Shown one piece after another: positions 56,118 through 64,000 of a stretch of DNA of 64,000 nucleotides. A program made the translations under genes and the position numbers. Position 1 is the first letter of the stretch; every line of letters begins with the position of its first letter. Source of the DNA: an uncultured Clostridia bacterium (GTDB lineage Bacteria > Bacillota > Clostridia > Christensenellales > UBA1242); NCBI GenBank assembly GCA_944350085.1, contig CALVNY010000017.1, forward strand, positions 44,659 through 108,658, written 5' to 3'. The notes below the pieces were generated by a model. The model was not told the DNA's origin, made no database searches, and saw nothing but the letters and a program-made list of their open reading frames with translations.

Positions 56118-56966
56118 ATGATTTGTTTTGGTCCATCTGGCAATGATAAAAACTTTTATGATGCTGGTTATAAGTCCACTATTGATGCTCCAAAGTGGCT
56201 AAATGAAATAGGATTAAATGCTTTTGAGTATTCCTTTGGAAAAGGCATTTTGTTAAAAGATGAAACAGCCATAGCCATTGGCGAAGAAATGAAAAAGTAC
56301 GGCATAACTATTTCTGTTCATGCACCATATTTTATTAATTTAGCAAACACCAATGAAGAAATGGTTGAAAAAAGCTATGGATATGTTTTGCGTTCACTTG
56401 AAAAATTGAGATTGCTTGGTGGCAACAGGTGTGTTATTCATATTGGAAGTTGTGGCAAATTAGAAAGGCAAGAAGCTTTAAACTTAATTGCAAAAAGACT
56501 TAAAGTTTTAGTTCAAAAAGTTAAAGATGCTGGTTTTGATGATATGTTTTTATGCATAGAAACTATGGGCAAACAAGCACAAATTGGAAGTTATAAAGAA
56601 ATTGTGGACTTATGTACCATTGATAAAATTCTAATGCCAACATTTGACTTTGGACACATCAATGCAGTAACTGGCGGAACTCTTAAAACAAAATCGGACT
56701 TTGAGCAAATATTTGATTATTGCTTAGAAAAGTTGGGAAGTTTTAGAACAAAAAATGTTCATATTCATTTTTCAAAAATTGAATTCAGTGCAAAAGGGGA
56801 AGTTAAGCATTTAACTTTTGAAGATGAAATTTATGGTCCTAATTTTGAGCCATTGGCTGAGATTTTAAAAGAAAGAAATTACACTCCTGTTGTTATTTGT
56901 GAGAGCAAAGATGTTATGGCAATGGACGCAATTAAAATGCGTGATATATATAATTCAATTAAATAA
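56118..56966 (+). CDS. AP-endonuclease family 2 / endonuclease IV-like TIM-barrel protein
   Basis: 282 aa. Nfo-like metal-ligand pattern HAPYFINLA, CVIHIGS, CIETMG, FDFGHINA, HIHFS and VICES. Confidence 0.6.
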   Translation: MICFGPSGNDKNFYDAGYKSTIDAPKWLNEIGLNAFEYSFGKGILLKDETAIAIGEEMKKYGITISVHAPYFINLANTNEEMVEKSYGYVLRSLEKLRLLGGNRCVIHIGSCGKLERQEALNLIAKRLKVLVQKVKDAGFDDMFLCIETMGKQAQIGSYKEIVDLCTIDKILMPTFDFGHINAVTGGTLKTKSDFEQIFDYCLEKLGSFRTKNVHIHFSKIEFSAKGEVKHLTFEDEIYGPNFEPLAEILKERNYTPVVICESKDVMAMDAIKMRDIYNSIK

Positions 56967-56991
56967 TTTGTAGAAAAATGTTTTATTAAGT

Positions 56992-57022
56992 AAAAAGTCA
57001 AGTTTTGTGCTTGATTTTTTTT
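56992..57022 (+). terminator. rho-independent terminator after the Nfo-like gene
   Basis: TCAAG (56998-57002) / CTTGA (57010-57014) extended by A/T pairs, followed by T8. Confidence 0.55.
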
Positions 57023-57084
57023 ATTTTAAATAACATTAATTAAAAGTATAAATTGTAAATTAAAGTATAGAAGGTGAGGTGTAT

Positions 57085-57999
57085 ATGGTTGAAGATATTT
57101 TGCCTGAAAACTTTAAAGTATATTTTACTAACTTAAATTTTAATTATATTAATGAAATTAGATTAAGAGCAAATAAGCCAATAGTTGTTAATGTTATGGG
57201 TAGAAACAAGTTTTTAACTACAAGTGGGTTAACTGAAAATATTGATGAAGCAATTATTTGTAAATTGTCAGATATTTCTGAAATCATAAAAAAGGCAAGT
57301 GACAACTCTTTGTATGCAGTCAATGACCAAATAAAAAAGGGATTTTTAACAATTAAAGGTGGAATAAGAATTGGTGTTTGTGGTGAAGTTGTTGAAGAAA
57401 ATGATTGTGTTAATACAATTAAAAACATAAACTCGTTAAATATTAGAATTCCACATAAAATAAAAAATTGTAGTTTAAATGCTTATTTACATATTGTTAA
57501 TAATAACAAAGTTAGAAACACATTAATTATATCGCCACCCGGAGCAGGTAAAACAACTTTTATTAGGGATTTAGCAGAACAAATAAGCAACAAAAATCCT
57601 GCGATTAATATTTTGCTTGTTGATGAAAGGGCAGAAATTTCGGCAACCGTAGATGGAATGCAAATGCTTAATGTTGGACCAAGCTGTGATATTTACACAA
57701 ATTGTTCAAAAGCATTTGCGTTTGAAAATGGTATAAGAAGTATGAAGCCAGATGTAATAATAACTGATGAAATCAACTTAGATGATGATTTAAAAGCAAT
57801 TAAAACGGCAATTACAAGTGGTGTTAGTGTGATTGCCACAATTCATGCTAATGACATTTACGACTTAAAATCAAAACCCAATTTTGATGATATGTTAAAA
57901 AATAAAATATTTGAAAGATATGTTGTGTTATCAAGCAAAAATGGTCCCGGAACTTATGAAGGTATATTTAATGAAAATTTAGTTTGTGTGTATTTATGA
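57085..57999 (+). CDS. spoIIIAA: stage III sporulation protein AA (ATPase)
   Basis: ATG after AAGGTGAGG. Walker A SPPGAGKTT and Walker B-like VIITDE. First gene of an eight-gene spoIIIA-like cluster. Confidence 0.9.
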   Translation: MVEDILPENFKVYFTNLNFNYINEIRLRANKPIVVNVMGRNKFLTTSGLTENIDEAIICKLSDISEIIKKASDNSLYAVNDQIKKGFLTIKGGIRIGVCGEVVEENDCVNTIKNINSLNIRIPHKIKNCSLNAYLHIVNNNKVRNTLIISPPGAGKTTFIRDLAEQISNKNPAINILLVDERAEISATVDGMQMLNVGPSCDIYTNCSKAFAFENGIRSMKPDVIITDEINLDDDLKAIKTAITSGVSVIATIHANDIYDLKSKPNFDDMLKNKIFERYVVLSSKNGPGTYEGIFNENLVCVYL

Positions 58000-58463
58000 T
58001 GATTAAATTTGTGTGTTTATTAGTAATATTTGTTGGGGTTAGTTATATTGGAATAAGTTTGTCAATCAATTATTCAAAAAGAGAAAGATTTTTTAATGAA
58101 CTGATTTCTTTTTGCAATGTTTTATTTAACAATATTAAATTTAATAAAAGCAAATTAAAAGTTGTAATAAAAGAAAATTTAGACAACTATAAAACAGAAC
58201 TTAAAGATTATTTGCAAAATTATTTAGAAAATAAGGAAGTTAAAATCTCGTTACTAACTGAATATGAAAATAGTAAAGTTAATGAATTTTTTGTTAGTAT
58301 TGGCAAACTAGATAGTTTTGGAGAACTAAACAATATTGAGAATTATAAAATTATTTTTAATGAGTTTTATGAAGATTGCAAACTTAATAACAAAAAATAT
58401 GGCAATTTATATTCAAAATTAGGTGTTATTTTTGCGTTGATATTAGTTATTTTGTTTGTTTAA
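57996..58463 (+). CDS. spoIIIAB: stage III sporulation protein AB
   Basis: The ATG overlaps the spoIIIAA stop (ATGA). It has an N-terminal TM helix and a C-terminal TM helix, with size and position as for SpoIIIAB. Confidence 0.85.
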   Translation: MMIKFVCLLVIFVGVSYIGISLSINYSKRERFFNELISFCNVLFNNIKFNKSKLKVVIKENLDNYKTELKDYLQNYLENKEVKISLLTEYENSKVNEFFVSIGKLDSFGELNNIENYKIIFNEFYEDCKLNNKKYGNLYSKLGVIFALILVILFV

Positions 58464-58478
58464 TTAAGGGGGTTTAAG

Positions 58479-58673
58479 GTGGGGGTTGACATTATTTTAA
58501 AGATTGCTGCCATTGGAATTTTAACGGCTGTTGTTAATCAAGTTTTAAAATATGCCGGAAAAGATGAAATAGCAACTTTATCGACACTAGCAGGTGTTGT
58601 TATTGTGTTACTTATGGTAATTGATATGATTAGTGATTTATTTAACACGGTTCAAAAACTTTTTACATTTTAA
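58479..58673 (+). CDS. spoIIIAC: stage III sporulation protein AC
   Basis: 64-aa two-helix membrane protein with a GTG start after AAGGGGG. The sequence ILKIAAIGILTAVVNQVLKYAGKDE is typical of SpoIIIAC. Confidence 0.88.
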   Translation: MGVDIILKIAAIGILTAVVNQVLKYAGKDEIATLSTLAGVVIVLLMVIDMISDLFNTVQKLFTF

Positions 58674-58685
58674 GTGGAGTAAGGT

Positions 58686-59072
58686 TTGGAAGTTTTAAAA
58701 ATAGTTGGATTAGGAATTACAATATGTATTTTACTTGTTGTTGTAAAACAAGTAAAACCGGAGTTGTCAGTTGCAATTTTGATTGCAGGTTCTTGTGTTA
58801 TGATGATTGTAATTTTAAAATACTTTACAAATCTATTTTCAATTTTTGATGTTATTATTGAAAAAACGGGAATAGATTCAGAATTGTTTTCTTGTATTTT
58901 AAAGATAATAGGAATTGGTTATTTAATTGAATTTAGTGCAGGGGTATGTTCCGACACTGGAAATTCTTCTATTGCAGACAAAGTTGTGTTGGGTGGTAAG
59001 ATTTTAATTTTCATTGTTGCAATGCCAATAATTACAAATTTATTAGACATTGTTATAGGGTTAATTCCTTGA
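58686..59072 (+). CDS. spoIIIAD: stage III sporulation protein AD
   Basis: 128-aa four-helix membrane protein with a TTG start after GGAGTAAGG. SpoIIIAD-like sequence. Confidence 0.88.
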   Translation: MEVLKIVGLGITICILLVVVKQVKPELSVAILIAGSCVMMIVILKYFTNLFSIFDVIIEKTGIDSELFSCILKIIGIGYLIEFSAGVCSDTGNSSIADKVVLGGKILIFIVAMPIITNLLDIVIGLIP

Positions 59073-60247
59073 AAAAATTTGTAATTTTATTTTTTATTTT
59101 AATTACTATGCAAACACTCTTAAAACCACCCATTTTAGCCAAAGCAGAGAGTTTGAATAGTACTGAAGAAATTGAGACCGAAATATCGAACACTGTAAAT
59201 GATTTGCTGACAGATTTGGACCTTAGTGGCATTGATAAATTGTATGATGATGAATATAAAATATTTGGTAACACTTCATTTAAAGAAAAAGTTAACGATT
59301 TAATAAATGGCACTTATTTTGATAATTACAACAATGTTTTTAGTGCTGTTATATCTTTGGTTTTTGATGGGTTGGCATCACTTTTGCCTATATTTTTAAC
59401 TATAATAGCAATTGCTGTTTTATCAAGCATTTTAAATAATTTAAAATCAGATTCAAAAAATAATGTTTCGCAAATAGTAAATTTTGTTTGTTTTGCTGTA
59501 ATTATTACAATTTTATCGGTGAACTTTAAAAATGTAATTGAACAAACCAGTAATTGTTTGAGTTTAATGAAAAGCCAAATGGACGCAATATTTCCAATTA
59601 TTTTAACATTAATTTCTGCAATAGGTGGAACAGTAAGCGTTAGTATATTTAAACCGGTTGTTGCAATTTTAAGTAATTGGATTTCCTCACTTTTTAGTGG
59701 ATTACTTTTGCCTATTTTTATAATATCATTTTTATTTACAGTAATTGGCTCTTTATCTCCAAATGTTAAATTAAATAAATTTAATTCCTTTCTATCCAGC
59801 ACATTTAAGTGGACAGTTGGTTTTGTTTTTACAATATTTAGTTCTTTTCTTGCAATACAGGGAATTTCTGCTGGGAAGTATGATGGGATTAGCATTAAGG
59901 CGAGCAAGTTTGCAATAAAAAGTTATATTCCAATAATTGGTGGATATTTAAGTGAAGGGTTAGATTTTATAATGCTTGGTAGTATTTTAATAAAAAATGC
60001 TATTGGGGTTGCAGGGTTAATTATTTTATTTGTAACAATTCTTTCGCCACTAATTCAAATTCTACTTTTAAAATTAGGTTTGCAATTAGTTGCAGGAATA
60101 ATTGAGCCAACTAACAACAAAGAAATATCTGATTTAATTAGTAGTTGTAGCAAAGTACTTTTGTTTCCAATCGTTTTAATTTTGGGTGTTGCTTTTATGT
60201 ATATAATTTCAATTGCTTTGCTTATGTGCACTGCAAGTTTTGTTTAA
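59069..60247 (+). CDS. spoIIIAE: stage III sporulation protein AE
   Basis: 392 aa. The TTG start overlaps the AD stop. It has a signal-like N-terminus and then a polytopic permease-like body, as in SpoIIIAE. Confidence 0.88.
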   Translation: MKKFVILFFILITMQTLLKPPILAKAESLNSTEEIETEISNTVNDLLTDLDLSGIDKLYDDEYKIFGNTSFKEKVNDLINGTYFDNYNNVFSAVISLVFDGLASLLPIFLTIIAIAVLSSILNNLKSDSKNNVSQIVNFVCFAVIITILSVNFKNVIEQTSNCLSLMKSQMDAIFPIILTLISAIGGTVSVSIFKPVVAILSNWISSLFSGLLLPIFIISFLFTVIGSLSPNVKLNKFNSFLSSTFKWTVGFVFTIFSSFLAIQGISAGKYDGISIKASKFAIKSYIPIIGGYLSEGLDFIMLGSILIKNAIGVAGLIILFVTILSPLIQILLLKLGLQLVAGIIEPTNNKEISDLISSCSKVLLFPIVLILGVAFMYIISIALLMCTASFV

Positions 60248-60257
60248 GGTGTTTTAT

Positions 60258-60731
60258 ATGACTGAGTGGATTTTGTCGTTAATTGGTATGGCATTTTTGG
60301 GCGTTGTTATAGAAACAATACTGCCTAATGGGAAACTTAATACATTTATTAAAAGTGTGTTTGCTTTGTTTTTGTTGTTTGTTATTGTTAAGCCATTGCC
60401 AAAAATATTTAATAAAGATTTGTCCATAAATACAGATTATAATTACGAAGAAGACAGCAATTTTTTAATAAACTTAAATCAAAAAAAATTAGAAAATTAT
60501 GAAATTTCAATTTTAAATCAATTAAAAAATGAAGGAATTTCTAATGTAAATATTGAGTTTGAGGCAGATACTACAAGTTCCGACTTAAAAATACAAAAAG
60601 TTTATATTGACATTTGTAATATTGTTCTAAATAATTCGGACAAGCATATAAATATTACAGATACTATTCTAAAAATTGTAACTAACACATTAAATGTTTC
60701 AAACAAGGAGGTGATAATATACGGAAGTTAA
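60258..60731 (+). CDS. spoIIIAF: stage III sporulation protein AF
   Basis: ATG at 60258 after AAGGTG. Two N-terminal TM helices (WILSLIGMAFLGVVIETILPNG) and a soluble C-terminal domain. Confidence 0.85.
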   Translation: MTEWILSLIGMAFLGVVIETILPNGKLNTFIKSVFALFLLFVIVKPLPKIFNKDLSINTDYNYEEDSNFLINLNQKKLENYEISILNQLKNEGISNVNIEFEADTTSSDLKIQKVYIDICNIVLNNSDKHINITDTILKIVTNTLNVSNKEVIIYGS

Positions 60732-60738
60732 GGAAACT

Positions 60739-61383
60739 ATGGTGCATAAAAACAAAGACAAATATATTACTATAAATGCAAATGAAAATGAAAAGCCAGA
60801 TGAAAAAAAAATTGAATCAAAACCTTCGTTTTTAGAAAAATTAAAGAATAATGATTTAATTAAAAAATTTAGTAATATTAAAGGCATAAAAATAGTTGTA
60901 CCATTAATTTTGCTGGTTTTAGTTATAACAATTTATTATTCATTTTTTAATGATTCTAGTAAAAAATCTTTATCTTCCAGCAATATTAGTTACACTTCTA
61001 GTTTGGAATATAGTAAGCTTTTAGAAGATAAATTAAAATCAGTTTTAAGCAATATTAAAGGGGCAGGAAATGTAAATGTAATGATAACATTAGAAAGTGG
61101 ACCCGAATTAAAAATTGCAACACAAACTGATGAAAGGACAAACACAACAACAAATGCATCAGGCACAACAACAAGCATAACAGTAGTGGAAGAACCAATA
61201 ATAATTACTCAAAATGGAGAAGAAACACCACTAGTTCTTATGGAAATATTGCCTGTTGTTAAAGGAGTTGTGGTGGTTGCAGAAGGGGCAAAAGATGTTG
61301 GTGTTAAATTGCAATTATTAGAAGCTGTACAAGCATTACTAAGTTTATCTAGTGGAAATATTCAAATTTTAACAGGCATTTAA
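60739..61383 (+). CDS. spoIIIAG: stage III sporulation protein AG
   Basis: 214 aa with a single TM helix and a C-terminal ring-building-motif-like domain (GAGNVNVMITLESGPE...VKGVVVVAEGA). Confidence 0.88.
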   Translation: MVHKNKDKYITINANENEKPDEKKIESKPSFLEKLKNNDLIKKFSNIKGIKIVVPLILLVLVITIYYSFFNDSSKKSLSSSNISYTSSLEYSKLLEDKLKSVLSNIKGAGNVNVMITLESGPELKIATQTDERTNTTTNASGTTTSITVVEEPIIITQNGEETPLVLMEILPVVKGVVVVAEGAKDVGVKLQLLEAVQALLSLSSGNIQILTGI

Positions 61384-61396
61384 GGAGGTTAAAAAA

Positions 61397-61879
61397 ATGC
61401 TATCAAAAAAGAAAAAAATTTTTATTGTTGCGGGATTTGTAATGTTGCTTGCTATAACAGGAATATTAAATATTATTATAAATAACAATGTTGTTAAAAA
61501 TGTTAATGCTGGTTTAAATAGTGCCACAACTGCTAACTTTTTTACTACATATAGAACTGATAGACAAGACACAAGAAATCAAGAAATAGTTTATTTAGAT
61601 GCAATAATTTCTAGTGCTAGTTCAAGTGCAGAGGCTAAAACTGCTGCCGAAACAAAAAAACAAGAACTTGTTGCACAAATGGAAAGTGAACTTATTCTTG
61701 AAGGATTAATTAAAGCAAAAGGTTTTGAAGATGCTATTGTTTCAACATCAAGTTCAAACATAAATGTTATTGTAAAAAGTGCAGAATTACAAGAATCAGA
61801 AGTGGCACAAATTGTTGAAATAATTCAAGGTCAAACAAATTATAATTTAGATAATATTAAAATAATACCAGTAGAATAA
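61397..61879 (+). CDS. spoIIIAH: stage III sporulation protein AH
   Basis: 160 aa with an N-terminal TM helix and a C-terminal YscJ/FliF-like domain. RBS AAGGAGG. Last gene of the cluster. Confidence 0.85.
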   Translation: MLSKKKKIFIVAGFVMLLAITGILNIIINNNVVKNVNAGLNSATTANFFTTYRTDRQDTRNQEIVYLDAIISSASSSAEAKTAAETKKQELVAQMESELILEGLIKAKGFEDAIVSTSSSNINVIVKSAELQESEVAQIVEIIQGQTNYNLDNIKIIPVE

Positions 61880-61908
61880 TTGCAAATAAATTTTCCCTAT
61901 GATATACT
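61880..61908 (+). promoter_or_regulatory. sigma-A-type promoter TTGCAA-17-TATACT (asp23)
   Basis: Hexamers at 61880-61885 and 61903-61908, immediately after the spoIIIAH stop. Confidence 0.5.
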
Positions 61909-61935
61909 AATCTTAAGTTATTTAGGGGGCATATT

Positions 61936-62304
61936 ATGTCATTGGAAAGTAAAAACGGATACAAAACTAAGGGTAATGTTGTTTACGACAAAAGTATTTT
62001 GCTTTCAGTTATTAACTTGGCTGCAAAAGAAATTGCTGGCGTAAGTTCATTATCTGACAATTTTGGATCTGCTATTAAAAAATGGTTTAGCAATAATTAC
62101 TACGAAGGTGTTAAATTAACTTATGATAAAGATAATTTAATTGTAGATGTTTATTTAAATGTTTTCTATGGTTATAATGTATCCGAAATTGCATATAGAG
62201 TTCAAGAAAACATAAAAAACAGTTTATCGGCAATGATTGATATTGATATTAACAAAATCAATGTGCATGTTTTAGATGTTGAATTTCCAAAAGAAGAAGA
62301 TTGA
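61936..62304 (+). CDS. Asp23/Gls24-family envelope stress protein
   Basis: 122 aa. The sequence VVYDKSILLSVINLAAKEIAGVSSL is typical of Asp23 (DUF322). RBS AGGGGG. Confidence 0.85.
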   Translation: MSLESKNGYKTKGNVVYDKSILLSVINLAAKEIAGVSSLSDNFGSAIKKWFSNNYYEGVKLTYDKDNLIVDVYLNVFYGYNVSEIAYRVQENIKNSLSAMIDIDINKINVHVLDVEFPKEED

Positions 62305-62307
62305 AAT

Positions 62308-62343
62308 AACCCCTCAAAACGCAGGGGTTTATTTGTTTGTTTA
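62308..62343 (+). terminator. rho-independent terminator between asp23 and nusB
   Basis: AACCCCT (62308-62314) / AGGGGTT (62323-62329), followed by TATTTGTTTGTTT. Confidence 0.6.
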
Positions 62344-62356
62344 ATGAGGTGTAGTT

Positions 62357-62800
62357 ATGAGCAGAAAAACGGCAAGAGAAGTGGCTTTTAAATTAATATT
62401 TGAAAATTGTTTTCATAAACCCGATGAGGGGGTAACTTATGAAGAGTTTTTATCTAATTTTTATATTCCTGAAGAAATGCCTAAGGATAGTATTTTTTTT
62501 GAATTAAAAGACAAATTAGATAATAACGATATAAATTATATTAAAGAAGTTTATGTTGGGGTTATTGAACACAACTTAGAAATATTAAAAATAATTTCTG
62601 AAAATCTTGTTGGCTACACTGCAGAAAGATTATATAAAGTTGATTTTGCGATACTTATTTATAGTGTATATGAACTAACATATTCTGACACACCAAGTAA
62701 AGTTGTTGTAAATGAAGCAGTGGAACTAGCAAAAAAATATTCTGATGATAAAAGCCCAGCATTTATAAATGGTGTTTTAGCAAAAGTAATAAATAAATAA
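62357..62800 (+). CDS. nusB: transcription antitermination factor NusB
   Basis: 147 aa. MSRKTAREVAFKLIFE N-terminus and the INGVLAKV C-terminal motif. Confidence 0.93.
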   Translation: MSRKTAREVAFKLIFENCFHKPDEGVTYEEFLSNFYIPEEMPKDSIFFELKDKLDNNDINYIKEVYVGVIEHNLEILKIISENLVGYTAERLYKVDFAILIYSVYELTYSDTPSKVVVNEAVELAKKYSDDKSPAFINGVLAKVINK

Positions 62801-62811
62801 CGAGCGGAATA

Positions 62812-63996
62812 ATGGACGAAAATTTAATTAGTGTTTCACAATTTAGTAATTATGTTAAAAATATTTTTGATGCTGAAATATTGCTTCAAGATATTTGCAT
62901 TTTTGGTGAAATAAGTTCCTTTAATGTTTCAAATGGTGTTGCATATTTCGGACTAAAAGATGAAAATGCACTGCTAAATTGCGTTATGTTTAGATATAAT
63001 GAAAAACCAAATGTTGGGGATATGGTTATTGTAAAAGGAAGTCCAAACTATTATGTAAAAGGTGGGAGATTTTCCTTTAATGTTACCAAAATTATGCCTT
63101 ACGGAAAAGGCTTGCTTTATGAAAATTTTTTAAAGTTAAAAGAAAAATTAGAAAAACTTGGCTATTTTGACCAAAGTATTAAAAAACCAATTCCCGAAAG
63201 GGTAAAAAGGATAGGTGTGGTTTCAAGTCCAACTGGGGCTGTTATTCAAGATATAATCGACATAACAACAAGAAGAAATAATTCAGTTGATATTGTTTTA
63301 TTTCCAGTTAAAGTTCAAGGAATTGGCGCAGAATTTGAAATTGCAAAAGGCATTGATTTTTTTAGCAATTACGATGGTGTTGATTGTGTAATAGTTGCTC
63401 GTGGTGGTGGCAGTATGGAAGATTTGCAACCATTTAACACTGAGGTTGTTGCAGATGCAACTAATCGTTGTAAAAAGCCATTAGTTAGTGCTGTTGGGCA
63501 TGAAACAGATTTTACAATAATTGATTTCTGTAGCGATTTAAGAGCTCCAACGCCATCGGCTGCTGCTGAATTGGTTGTTAGAGAAAAGAAAAAAGATTTT
63601 GAATTAATTGATGATTTAATTTATAATATTGAACAAAGTTTAAATTTAAAAATGAAAACCGCTTTTAATAAGGTCGATTTGTTGGCTAATAATTTAAATA
63701 AAGAAGTTTCAAATTTAATTAAACTAAATTCAATTAAATTTTTAAATGTTACCAACAAGTTAAATTATAATGTAAATAATTTGATTGTAAAAAATGAAAA
63801 TAAATTTAAACTTTTAGAAAACTTGTTAAATAAATTAAGTCCACTTAACTTAATTAACAAAGGGTATATTAAGGCAAATGTTAATGGTTCTAAATTAAAA
63901 AGTTGTAAAGAAGTTGATGTTGGAAGTGAAATTAATATTGAATTAATTGATGGGACTGTATTAACAAAGGTTTTAGACATTAAAGGAGAAAAATAA
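62812..63996 (+). CDS. xseA: exodeoxyribonuclease VII large subunit
   Basis: 394 aa with an N-terminal OB fold, the core motif RGGGSMEDL, and a C-terminal coiled coil. Confidence 0.93.
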   Translation: MDENLISVSQFSNYVKNIFDAEILLQDICIFGEISSFNVSNGVAYFGLKDENALLNCVMFRYNEKPNVGDMVIVKGSPNYYVKGGRFSFNVTKIMPYGKGLLYENFLKLKEKLEKLGYFDQSIKKPIPERVKRIGVVSSPTGAVIQDIIDITTRRNNSVDIVLFPVKVQGIGAEFEIAKGIDFFSNYDGVDCVIVARGGGSMEDLQPFNTEVVADATNRCKKPLVSAVGHETDFTIIDFCSDLRAPTPSAAAELVVREKKKDFELIDDLIYNIEQSLNLKMKTAFNKVDLLANNLNKEVSNLIKLNSIKFLNVTNKLNYNVNNLIVKNENKFKLLENLLNKLSPLNLINKGYIKANVNGSKLKSCKEVDVGSEINIELIDGTVLTKVLDIKGEK

Positions 63997-64000
63997 TGTT

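Noticed and set aside
57023-57084. Sigma-E type sporulation promoter upstream of spoIIIAA.
   Set aside because: I could not find a convincing match to the Bacillus -35 ATATT / -10 CATACA-T pattern, and calling one would be guesswork.
63996-64000. Likely start of xseB. The ATG overlaps the xseA stop (TAATG) and is preceded by AAAGGAG.
   Set aside because: Only 5 nt lie inside the window, so a CDS cannot be supported.
1-64000. Search for rRNA, tRNA, CRISPR arrays, IS elements, integrases, toxin-antitoxin or defence islands, parS (TGTTNCACGTGAAACA) and clustered DnaA boxes.
   Set aside because: None was seen. Only isolated partial matches occur (for example GTGGATAAA at about 27779 and about 29924). 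Composition looks uniform by eye, and every long ORF has a housekeeping or sporulation assignment or is one of a few isolated orphans.

Overview
This is an AT-rich, tightly packed, mostly plus-strand core-genome segment of an endospore-forming low-GC Firmicute. Gene order is Clostridia-like and resembles the B. subtilis ylb/ylq/ylx regions. Order on the window: a NitT/TauT-type ABC transporter, valS, a DUF4364-TSCPD pair, ylbJ, a patatin-like lipase, tmcAL, pta-ackA, rpmF, plsX-rnc-smc-ftsY, ylxM-ffh-rpsP-KH-rimM-trmD, rbgA-rnhB-yraN, rplS, comM-dprA-topA-trmFO-hslVU, a T-box followed by hisS-aspS-tcdA-trxA, nifS-nifU, a repeat lipoprotein, frr-uppS-cdsA-rseP, a PolC-like exonuclease, rimP-nusA-ylxR-ylxQ-infB-rbfA-nrnA-truB, an Nfo-like TIM-barrel gene, the complete spoIIIAA-AH operon, and asp23-nusB-xseA. 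I found no rRNA, tRNA, CRISPR array, transposase, integrase, prophage or recognisable defence genes, and the standard code applies (TGA is used as a stop). The window is housekeeping rather than accessory, so the findings are deviations from expected architecture. (1) A 528-aa protein with PolC-like N-terminal/OB layout and a DEDDh exonuclease, but no polymerase, sits exactly where polC normally lies. (2) The T-box ahead of hisS-aspS has a discriminator-pairing base and an exposed loop that fit tRNA-Asp better than tRNA-His, and its Stem I looks atypical. (3) An archaeal-type AspRS occupies the aspS slot. (4) A lipoprotein made of seven degenerate repeats of about 80 aa precedes frr. (5) An IscU-like scaffold lacks the conserved His-Cys pair. 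(6) There are several orphan ORFs and several absent conserved neighbours (DUF177, acpP, codY, dxr/ispG, ribF-rpsO-pnp). All calls rest on reading the translations and the DNA by eye. No database search, covariance model or folding program was run, and start codons were refined only from visible RBS and overlap context.
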